The position numbers and the translations under genes are program-made. The notes beneath the pieces were generated by a model. That model was not told where the DNA came from. It worked only from the letters and a program-made list of their open reading frames with translations, and made no database searches. A stretch of DNA of 64,000 nucleotides from Anthoceros angustus (Eukaryota; Plantae; Anthocerotophyta). The stretch covers positions 124,001 through 188,000 of the forward strand of contig VJWM01000226.1 in NCBI GenBank assembly GCA_010909165.1, given 5' to 3'. Every line of letters begins with the position of its first letter. The stretch's first letter is position 1. Below are positions 48,118 to 59,543 of the stretch, one piece after another.

Positions 48118-49072
48118 TTGGCATTGACGACAACCGGTGATGTCCACCGCTTGGTAGCGGTGTGGTGGCGGTGGAGATCAGATGAGGGTGGCGCGATGGA
48201 TACCGTGATGATTGGTGCCAATCAAGTTATAGCAGATAGGGTTGTTGCGGATGACGCCCTCAATCACGCGAACATCAAAAATCTTTTGGAGCATCCTGGC
48301 GATGTGGAGGCAGTGCTTGTAAGTACTGATCTGGAACATACTTGCAACCAGGAATCAATGTCTGGTGCTCTTGACCAGCTTGGTCGACGTGACGGTGTTC
48401 TTGCAAGTGGTGGTGGGCCAATCATGCCCAATGAAGAAGGTGGGCCTGCGAATGAAATGGTGACTTCTGAAATGGTTGATGAGTTCGCAGCCACTGTGGG
48501 CGAATCAGAAAAAACCAATGAAGGAAAGGAGAGCAGATGCATGGAGTCCCAGAGACGCCAGCCTCCTCGGCGTCAAGTTCAGAAGCCAGGAGGCCTGAAA
48601 AGGAAGAATGGGAAATAGGCCCCCAAAAGAAACATCCGTGGGAAGCACAAGGGTGCTCAATGGTCGTAGAGAATGTGGATGAAGTGCCCCCCACCCATGC
48701 CTCAAGGTCTTATGAGTGCGGACACGGTCCGTGCGTAGTAACTTTATGGTGGCTCCCAAGGGAAATGTAGAGCATGTGGAGTTCTATGTGCTACATGTAT
48801 CGGCCATGCGCCACCTAGCCAAGCCGTTCTTGACAAAGCATGGCAAAGCGGCAAGGTGTTTCCTATTGGCGAGGGTGATCATGGCTTATTATTACGAGCA
48901 GAGCCAAATTCGAGGGGTGTACCAGCTCCTTAACTCGGTGTCCGTGGTCACCCCACGCAATAGAGGAGGACATGGTTTTGGCAACAAACTTGATGATGCC
49001 ATCCCAAGGCTACCCAAGACATCCAGTGTATTGGTGAGCCCCACAATCGCCAAATATCCGGGTGGTGGCTAA
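48118..49072 (+). CDS. Additional plus-strand ORF fragments inside the transposon (acidic linker; ORF ending ..IAKYPGGG)
   Basis: ORFs 48118..48618 and 48716..49072 look protein-like but match nothing I recognise. Confidence 0.25.
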
Positions 49073-50200
49073 GAGGGAGCATGACAAGGAGGGACTTCAG
49101 ACGGTCAAGTGATTGTCTTGGCTGGTATGGTCGGCACTGTCTGTGCGTGGTTTTGAGTTTCTAGGCACCCATGCCTAAATGTAGGGTTGTTAAGGAGGCC
49201 CGTTTTCTTTTTGGTTGATCCACATACAATGGTCACCGATAAACTTGCCGACATGAGGCAACAAGATTTACCTCGCACTTGACATTAACGAAACATGCCT
49301 TCAACCCGTCTTGCATTAGCACATGCCACACAACATCCTTTCCAACTCGGGTTCACACCGGGAGGGATCAATTCTGAGGCTTGGGTAACAACTACATCCA
49401 AGCACGCCGCCTAAAAGGGCTTCGGCACAACAACATGCACGCCATGTCCAGCTATCCAAAGAATGTGGAAGACGGCCCCAATCACAAGACCGTAGCTAAC
49501 AGCATGCTTCCATTGCGTAGCTGGGCAAACCTGCGCCATCAAGAGTCGCCACCTTCCACTGCCATCCTTGATTCATTGTCTATAACACTGCCCATGTCAC
49601 AATCATCCTCAACAACAGCGTCGACATCCCTTCCTGCAATTTGAGCGACTTCGAGGTCTTCCCGGGGCATATGGCGCATCCACGCTCCCTCTTCGCGAAG
49701 CCCAGTAACGCTGCCGCGCCACCGCCCGCCGGTGCTGATCTTGGAACTTCGCCTGCATTGCGGCCAAAACCTTCAGCGCTTCCATCAAGCTCCTTGCCTC
49801 GGCTGCCCATGGCTTCTCCCCATCATCAAGGGCGGAACCAGGAGGAGCTGCGGCGGTGCAGGGGTTCTGACAAATCACAGCACCCAAGTTAGAGCACATG
49901 GCGGCCATTGCATTCCCTGTTGTAGCAGGCGAAGATGCGTGACTGACCCGATTGTGGTCACGCCATTTAAAGCCAGACTATGTGCCACCAAGGACAAGGC
50001 CGAGGACACCACGCCGAAGGTCAATTGGCGAAAGTGGGCTTCAACGTGTGGCGGATAATCATGTGTCCCGAGACCAGAACTCAACTTTTAATGCAAATGC
50101 CCTTGTAAGCAAATTCCACGGAATAAGTGTTTTGCATGAATGCAATCGGCATATCGTGTGCATCCCGCTTGGACCTTCAGACCCCTAAAGAAGCCATGTA

Positions 50201-52330
50201 TCAACGTGTTAACATGGACAAGACCCATTTGCAAAATAACTTTCGTGCACTGGCGCCACCGTTAGTGACAACGTTAGTGAGCAAATAGTTAGTGACCAGC
50301 TTGGTGGTCGCGTGGTTATGTTTGCCAAACGTGGGCCTCGTACAATAGAGGAGACCAATCATTACGCACATGTGCTTTCTAGCACAAGGCTCGAGTTGCT
50401 TTCTCTTACCAAGGTGGTCACTCGAGAGCTTCCCCTCTAAAGAATAGCACTCCACACCTTCACTATCGTGTACACCCGCAATTCAATCTTGCAACTTAGG
50501 ACACGATCGGCATGAAGGGTGCACTCCTCATTCTCTTCTTGACAGTGTGTACAGACGCCGTCGTGTGGAGTGTGTAATCGCCACGACAACCACTTCTCCC
50601 GCTCGGAATGTTGAGTTGCTCCAAGGGCACCACTTGTTACACAGTAGGGTTTGCTTCAACTGTGTGCAACGCACAAGGTAAAACAATTGCCCCTCGTCTT
50701 CGATGTCAGCGTGCACAACAAACGTATCACCAACTTCTAGGAGGTCGGCCATGTCTAACACATCCTCCACAGCATCATCGTCAAGGCCATCAACGGTGTT
50801 TTCCAAAGCTCCTTGTTCCTCCTGAGTAGCAAACGGCGAAGGTATCCGACTCGACATCCCGGCCTCTTCTCCGAGTACGGCTCCTTCCGTGGGTTGTCCA
50901 TGTGGCCTAATGGATACGAGTCTCCGGATCCTCGCATGGGCAGTTACATAGAGAATCTTGACGGCAAGACAAGCATGCCAACATGCGCATTTTCAGTTGA
51001 GTTGGGTCTGTAACGCTGAAACCATATATGCTATGCATTTTTTGACCAGTGTTGGGTCACAATTAAACTTGTTCCTCCTGCTCACCTCGTTTTCCCAATC
51101 AGAAGCTCCTATGGATGATGCTCTCCACTTCATGCACGTTGTTGCACCTGAGATGTTCTCTCTTAAGTAGGTGACAACATCGAGGCGAGCGGTCGAGGAG
51201 CATTCGGAGAGGACTCTGCACCGCAATGCCCTTTTCAAGATTGCACTGCTCGTCATGTTCGCCTTTGCCATGCCGCCAAGAACGACCATAGCATCTTGCA
51301 ACCACCAGTCAAGCTAGGTACGGGCAACAAAGTAAGAAGGCCTACATGCTTTAAATTGACTAGCTGCCCCATCCGACCAACACCAATGTTCCCGGAAACC
51401 CAGAATCAAGCATCCACTGCCAATGCAACATGAGGCAGTGCTGTACAAACAGTGTATCGTGGACCATATCATCACTGATGTAGAAGTGATAGTATTTGTC
51501 GATGTTAGCAGCCGGTTCCTGTGCATCAATTGGACCCGTCCTCCTATAGAACACCAGGACAAAAATCGAAACCTGGTCATTATGCCAATGCATAGATTGA
51601 ATTTCGTTTTGAACACCAAACGCATAGTTCTGACTGAAGTCCATGACAAAGACGACAACATCAGTCGGGAACCACTCCAAGCACTGACGAAATTCCAACC
51701 CTTGCCATCGCACAAAAATCGTGCGGGATGAACTCTTTCAATTTTTCTTTCAAGTACATGACAAAAATCAATGGATGAGTCTCCATGAAAACAAGTTTGA
51801 TCCGCTTCTTCTCATGCCCATCTTGGTCAGAACCAACGACTTGGTATTGAAAACGGCGCCACCTGAGGACGGACTGAGGAAGCTTATCATTCGATGACTC
51901 GGCGGGACAGAAGCCAATTTGCCCCACCCCACAGCGGCCACAAGTGCCCTGCAAACATGCGAGGTTGTGCCATCCAGCGTTTGCCTCCTTCGCACACAAA
52001 GCACTTTCGCACAACATCCTTACAGATACAACACATGTGTTGCACTACACTCTTGAACAAGCCCGTCACCTTCTTGGGGAGCACATATGTCACACGGACA
52101 GCGACATTGACCTCTGGGATGCACACTTGAAAGACAACCGCGCATAGCATTGAAAGCGTCCTTGAGAAAGGCCATTTCCACATGATACCGGCAACAGCAC
52201 AAGTTCCGTTCCTGCAGGCTCTTCACAAAATACGGCTTCAATTTCTCAAAAGTTCGCTGCCCAACTGAAATGTCAGGATGCTCTTCGCAGAACCGCAGGT
52301 AGAATTCTGTCTGCACACATCACGAACAGG
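50201..52330 (-). CDS. DDD transposase (Sola2-like), split over several frames; possible upstream exons near 53.5-54.1 kb
   Basis: VGQRTFEKLKPYFVK..CCCRYH; MDFSQNY..QNEIQSMHW..QV; ISDD..HD; WSDGAASQFK; HGKGEHD; C-terminal GDTFVVHA..FYLVRC. Confidence 0.75.
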
Positions 52331-55104
52331 CGATTTCATTACATACAGCTCCTGCAGAAACGGTGGTATCACCGATGGGATGGCCAATATCAAAACGTGC
52401 AACACACTTCCAACGACGGACACGAGGTCACCAAGTGATGCCAACTAAAATGGAACAACTCCAAAACATCACCAAACCGTACAGGTGATCACCATTCCAT
52501 CATCCACAACACCAACACATCCACCACATCACTAAGGGCTGCAAAGCAGCTCCACCTACTCCATGACATCACCAATCCGTCCACCTTATCACCATGCCAT
52601 CATCCACATCACCAACGCATCAATCAACAAGATAGCGGACCACCACATCACCATGTCGCACATCATCCACGCGTCCACTAAAATCACCCAGGCGACCACC
52701 CCAATACGCGGGCGGCAACCACAACACCCGCCGTCCTCCCCACACCAAACCTGGGAACCCGGCCCTTGCCGGCCCAAACATAACCAGTCAGGAATCAACA
52801 TCACCAATCAGCCCAAACCATCACAAGGCCATACAGGCATCACATAGCCCTTCGCTCAACACCAATCATCCACCCCATATCACCGGTCCCTAAATCACAA
52901 CACCAAGATGCATACGAGAAGCCTACGTGAACACCCTTATCGACCCCAATACCATCATGCCCAAGAGTCAAACACGAATTTGGAAGGTAGTGCTAACATA
53001 TAACGCACCGTGAAGTACAAACAAGCATGGAAGGTGAGGGGTAGCAGATGAAGGTTCGCACTCACAACACAAGCATGGAATCCAGATTCTGACATATTCA
53101 TCTCACCGTGAAGTATCCAAGAAGTGGATGATGTGCTGGTCAAAAGTGTTTGGTCCGATGCGTGGGCGCTTGGTGTCCTTTGTGTTGGAGGAAGGTCGAG
53201 GCGAGCTCCAGTGCGAATCGGCTTTCACATCATCCGAGATCACATCGGACCTAAGCTTCCTTCCGGACCCGCACCACATACCTTGGCCCCGACAATCCTT
53301 CCCACCCCGCACTTTCGCTGCGGATCGGATCGCTCCGACTCACACCAATGTGCTTGGCGGTGTGGGAATCGGATGGTCATCCGGACCGGCGACAAAATGA
53401 TATTCAGGCGTATTTACGGCTCGCGGTGATCGCCGACCGAACATCCTTCAAATTCTTACATCTTTGCTCATATTCCTCATGAGAACAAGAACAACTCTTC
53501 ATCTTTCCCGATCGGTGAGTCGAAAGTCCTTCAGAGGAAGCTCTTCAAAAGTACTATAGATCTCACGGCGACATTGCGAGAACTCACTTGTCATCCGCAA
53601 GAATTGCTCTCCAAGCTCCTTGCTAGTTCTGTGGCGAGATTGTGCGGTATCAACCCCAACGACCTTGAAATAACGCGTTGCATCGCGGAACCACTCGGCT
53701 TGTGGAGGTGGAGGCGATGTTCTTCTTGCACCGGTGCCTACTATGTCCACCGGTTCATTCCTTTTGCGCCGTTCGCAGCTTCCAAAGCGCCTCTCCGCAG
53801 ACGCTTCCTCTCATTAAATGGGTTGACTACAAGGAGGCGGGCCATCATGGGCGTAACCACCCCAATCGAGCTTGAGAAACTTCCACCGTCACAAGTCGGC
53901 TATTCTCGCACAATCGGCGATACACACAATCCATGCCGGAAACCTTGCCACACAACGCATCGCGCGGACTTCGCCGCCTCCTCTCCGGGCATTTGCACCG
54001 GTATCGTGCGGATGTCGTCTCCTGCGAGAACAAGCTTTTCACATCAATTGACAACATATGCCATGAATGCATCCCAAAGCAAGACCCACCGTGTCCACGG
54101 TGACATCAACGGGATAGCGAGACAATGGGCGAAGGAAGTCCGCGTTGGTTATGCACGATCGGTTCCGGTCTTCACAAGAGCGAGGAAAACACGGAGCACA
54201 CATTTTTATGTTCCATGGAGGTTCCTTCCGTGTGTAATTTTGAATTTCGGTGACAGGAGGTGGTCCATGTGACCAAATGACACAACCGCTTTTCTATCTT
54301 TGCGTGCCACCAAAGCGTGCGGACACGGTGTAGATAGACCAATCAACATAAGAGTTCCAAGGTTCAGCAACTGGGATTGGATCGATTCTAGGATGGGGTG
54401 CCGTTGTAAGTGGTTTGAAAACTTTGCAAGAACTCCACTATTAAGCAACATGGCGTGGGTCGATCTTGGGATGGGGTGCTGATTTTGAGTGGTTTGAAAA
54501 TTTTGTAAATCATCCCGGTATCTAGGCGTAAAAGTCGGAATATTGTTTTGAAAGTCATTCATTGGTTGATGTTATGTTCCCACATTCCTTTGTAAATAAC
54601 ATCTAAAACTTTTCGGCCTTACTCTATGTGCTCTATCTACGACTTGCGGATGGATCTTTTCGATAGGTGCACGAATGTTCAGCTCATTCGAGTTTGACGC
54701 GCATATAGATGCATGGGCGTTGGTTTCTAGATGAGGTACATTTTCCAAAATTTGACATGTGTAATGGTGGTTTCGATGGCCAACCTTTTGAAGACGACAA
54801 TGTTTCACAATGTTTTGCGAAAGTAAGAAAATAAAGAGAATAGATGATCCGTCTTAAGTAATGTGAAGATATCACGATGTAGGAGAAATATGCGAAAGGA
54901 GACACTTGAAATACAAACCGGTTTTCAAATCCAAGAATAAGTGAAAGCAATTGTGTATAAGACGACTATATCTAGGAAGTTGTCATATTTGAATTAAATC
55001 ATGAGTAAAACATTAAACTTTCAAAACTTTAAACACGGAATGCATATGCTTTGAAAACTACAAAATATTGTTTCACAACTTCAAATTTCTAGATTCATTT
55101 TCAT

Positions 55105-56619
55105 TTAGAGCCACAGTCCACCGAAAAACATCCAAACACCACCGCTACACGGGTTGGGGTACTTGACCCGTGTAAACCTTGCCATTATAATTGCTAGTAG
55201 CATCTTGGGCGAGTTCAACGTCATTAGCGTCATATGCAACAAGTACTCCTTGTCATCCAAGTGCGTGTAATGTAAAATGGCTTGATGAGCTGGTGTATCA
55301 ATAGTGTCACCGCCTATTGGACCATTAGCATCTACACCGTACCTTCCATTTCCCATTTGTACTTTGGAATCTGGACTTGACATGAAAACGTCTCCCCCAT
55401 TGTACAATAGTTGCATAATGGTCTTTGAACGAATTGAATATGGAAGCGGCCAATAACCAACATTTGCTCCTTCAATTGCTAACCACAAATCTCCATTGGT
55501 TGTAGGTGCATTACAACATATCATAAATTAGAATAAGTTAGAAGAAAATAGTATGAAATATGTCAAGTCCATATTAGAAGTTTCGTAAGAATACTACCTA
55601 GCTAGAACGCCCCCAAGAAAGAAAACATTTGTTCCTTCAATTGCTATAACTTACCTTATTAATCTTGTATAGCATGCTTGTACCTACATAATTGCCGGTG
55701 AATGCACCACCAAATACATATGTGGGATCCGTTTGCACAAATCCGGTACACGCAAGGTTGAAGCGACCATTGCCGTTGTCACCGCTCAAAGGGAACAAAT
55801 GATACAAAGTTAATGATTCATATACATCCTAATAAAAGCGTTGAAAATTTCATGTGTTGATGATCACATACCGTCCATCTTATGAACAAACGAGGTGCAA
55901 CATCTTGTGAATATAATGATGGATACACCTGAAAAATATAAATTTTCATAGAAGTCAATTAACATGTCATAACACCATGAGATATAAAATAATGCAAGAA
56001 GAAAATTGATGGATTTGTAAAATAATAACTTACATGCCATCCAACTTGAGCTAAATTTATAGAATCGATATGCGTGTCGTGCAAATAAAATAGAGACGTG
56101 GAGTTTGAGTAATCTGTTGATGTTGGGTTATGAGATGGTTGCCAAAAGCTAATTCTAGATCCTCCTCCATTGAATGTTCCATGAACATTGCCAACTATCT
56201 TGCACAATTAAAAGGTGAACTTGGTCAAGTATTCAAGAAAGAAGAAAGGAAATATAGTCTCAAATTGTAATATATACGATGGTTTAATGAATATAGTGAA
56301 ATTATGACATACATGAGTTAGCTCGTCGTCGCTTTCAATATTAGCAAAATTGCTAGAGGTATTCTTGCTTTGATCGATGAAAGAATTGCGGAGGATGTGC
56401 TGCTTTGATCAATAAAACCCTCTGCGTCATAGGCCGTTGTATAGGGATAGTTCCTTGGGGCATGATCCTACTTCTACATGATAGAGCTGCTTAGGACGTC
56501 GCACCCCATTTGCTGATATTTGTAATTGGGATAACTCTAGAGGTGGTTTCGCAACATGTCAACAACGGGGTTCCATACTTTGCTACACGATAAATAACAA
56601 CAATAACAACAACAACAAT

Positions 56620-56703
<84 letters not shown>

Positions 56704-56739
56704 AAATAACAACAACAACAAAAAAACAACAACAACAAC

Positions 56740-56774
<35 letters not shown>

Positions 56775-57196
56775 TAGTAGCTGCATATATCGATAACTAT
56801 AGTTGACATAAAAATGAAAAGACGAGTCATACGTGTGTGAACCCACATACTTGAATCACATGATCTTTAAAAGATGGATGTTGTAAAGTCGGTGGTGTTC
56901 CACCTTCACACAATCTACTATAGTGCCATCGGAGGCTGCAACATAAACAAGATAAAGCAGATTGAGTATCTTACATTGCATATAATAAAGATGCCATGAA
57001 AAGGTACCAAGAGATAGTGGAGTATAGTATATACATTATGGGATTCCACAAATGGCACATGAACATTCAAGTCCAAAGCACCATCCGGGATGGGGTGAGA
57101 AACTTATTTTGAGCATTCGCGCATGACTAGCATATGAGAAATGCACAAAGATAACAAACATCAACCCCAACACTAAAGTTACCCCGACGACTTCAT
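55105..57196 (-). CDS. Neprosin-family gene, full-length copy
   Basis: Same exon and motif series; ORFs 55105..55524 and 55959..56207. Confidence 0.85.
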
Positions 57197-57404
57197 GATT
57201 ACAAAGCTTTGGGTCTAAGCAATATGCAAATGGATGTAATTGATCAACGATAATTTGTAGGATGGTGGTTGAGGCACATATATAGGCATTTTGGGATTTT
57301 TCTCGATAATATGGACAAAAGCGAGAAATAGCTTTGCTCTCTTGGTGTTAGACTAAGCATATCCCTCTCTATGTTATGGAGTTTTGAATGATTTCCCACG
57401 GTCT

Positions 57405-57715
57405 CTACTCAACGGCTTGTAAGTTGCAACCATGAGTGAGTGGAACAAGGAACCCGTCCCTCTTCAAGCCTTGGTGAAGAATTTGGCGTTTCTCCGATCC
57501 GAGGCGTGGGCGACAACCTTGTAAAGGCCATACTTGGAGTAGTTGGTGGTTCCGAGAGTCATCGGGGATGGTGTCGACTAGCGCCGCCATTCAAATACAT
57601 GTTCACACCACCGTCTTTGGTGCCTAGCGTTCACGGTGATCGGTGTCGTATACTCCCGTTGCAACGGTAGCAGTTTGGGATGAGTAGTAGCACAGAGAGC
57701 CACCGTTGGCAGCCA
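57405..57715 (-). pseudogene. PL7-like 3' part, disrupted by the Copia insertion
   Basis: Unit sequence stops at ..CCGTTGGCAGCCA (57715) and Copia LTR sequence begins. Confidence 0.75.
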
Positions 57716-57856
57716 TGATAGTATACGCTAGTTGTACAGGTCGTAGGTTAGGACAAACCCTAACCGTCAGGACACGACTCTTGGGTGTCCAAGACAGCGA
57801 CATCTCATTCATTCATTCATACGATTACCAGCTCTCGCGAACGCTCGCACTTGTCA
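57716..57856 (+). repeat. 5' LTR of the Copia element (141 bp, TG..CA)
   Basis: TGATAGT..ACTTGTCA directly before the PBS; the 5' boundary is set by the break in PL7 sequence. The 3' LTR is not in the window. Confidence 0.65.
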
Positions 57857-57868
57857 TGGTATCAGAGC
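57857..57868 (+). promoter_or_regulatory. Primer-binding site (tRNA-iMet)
   Basis: TGGTATCAGAGC immediately after ..CA. Confidence 0.9.
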
Positions 57869-58598
57869 GATCAAGTCGCGCCCCGTTTGGCTTCTCGAGT
57901 GCGCCCCGTGCCTGGCTTTCATCAGCCACTCAGCATGGAGCGCACCCGGAGCAACGAGCGGACTTCATCGATCTTGAGCGGGTTACCAACAATCACCCCA
58001 ACGCGTGGTGGTTCTCATTTTAAGAAATCTTGCTTCTCTGAGATCTTCTGGCCTACTCCCCCCAAGATGTAGCATCGTGGAGATCTGAGCTATGCCGAGG
58101 AAAGCGAGCGTTTAGCAAGAAGAGCGAAGACTCCAAGAGCTAAATGTGTGGAGAATTGAGCGGAGGAAAGCGTGCCGTTCCCTCGCCCCTGTGGCAGCAG
58201 TTTGGATCAAAATCGCATAATTTGTGAACCGATGGCTACAAATGTTGTACAAGGGTATCCACTTGATGGTTATGACTTGAGCAACTTTGATGTCTCGATC
58301 TTCTTTGAGCACGATGTTGCTCCCTCCTAGTCGAAACCTTGTGCTTGCTTCTACCGATGTCAGTTGAAGCATTTTCTCATTTACATCATCATGTTACCAA
58401 TTTGTTCAATAAATCACCGGTCTATCAACCTTTGTACATCATCAAGGAGTTTGTTTCACATTTACATATGTCTTTGAACATTTGCTATCAGCCTCCTATG
58501 CATTGAAGGTGACCCTATATATCTCCAAAGAACCTGGAAAGCCAGAATCTCTGGAGGCAACCTGGTTTCCATTTAATCCCTAAGGGGTACTCAACAGA

Positions 58599-59385
58599 AT
58601 GAGTACTCAGCAGACCATTTCACAAGTTCCTGCCATTAAAATACCCAAGGAAGACAAGTTTGATGGTGAAAATTATCATGTATGGCAGAAGAGTATGCAA
58701 GAAATAAAATCTAGAAAATTATGGGCACATGTCCATGGTGTAGGCACACCTCCGTGCCTACACCCAAAACTGTCTTCTTGCTACACGGAAGAGTTGGCCG
58801 AGGAGAATGACCAAGCTCAACACTTCTTCACTTTAGTGTCAAGAGCACCCACATCGGCGTGTTTCGTGGAGTCAAGAAAGCTGCTGGTGGAACAAGTAAA
58901 AGACTTGTACGACTCTAGGGATCTCATGCTGCAAACTTTTGTGTTAAAACAATTCATGGGCCTCAAGATGAAAGAAATGCACTGTGGATAAACATGTACT
59001 TGAGTTTCGATTCGCGAGCCAAGTTGGTTTCTGCAGTTTTGCATTGGAGGAGCTCCTTGCGTAATTCTTCTTACTACACCGCCGTAAACTTGGTCAAGTG
59101 TGGTACAAGGCCTGCAGGATGCACCATCCATCACAGTTAATCGAGTGATAGCAACAATGTTAACAGAAGAGTCAAGAAGGAAAATAGCAAATACTTCTCT
59201 TTCTCCGAGGAGACAAGGCCCTTTGACGGCCAAACTGGTAGAGGTCGTGGCCGAGGGCGTCCATTTGGTAGGGGCCGAGGTCGTGGCCGAGGTAATAACT
59301 CTAGAGGTGGTTTCGCAACATGTCAACAAGAGTTCCATACTTTGCTACACGATAAATAACAACAAATAACAACAGCAACAACAAT

Positions 59386-59469
<84 letters not shown>

Positions 59470-59511
59470 AAATAACAACAACAACAAAAAAAACAACAAC
59501 AACAACAATAA

Positions 59512-59543
<32 letters not shown>

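Larger units (their letters stand above)
44224..54326 (-). mobile_element. ~10.1-kb DNA transposon, Sola-like (probably Sola2-type) DDD family
   Basis: Array sequence breaks at ..GCGTAGGGGTG (44223) and resumes GGTGTAGATAGACC (54327), giving a 4-bp TSD GGTG. Imperfect TIRs GTGTGAGCATGGTTAGGTG and GTGTCCGCACGCTTTGGTG match at 14/19. Encodes a transposase. Confidence 0.75.

Noticed and set aside
44224-54326. CACTA, Transib, MULE or hAT identity for the DNA transposon
   Set aside because: No CACTA or CAC 5' terminus, no 8-10 bp TSD or long TIR, and the catalytic motifs do not match those families as I recall them.
57745-57770. Interstitial telomere
   Set aside because: A single AAACCCTAA inside an LTR hairpin, not an array.
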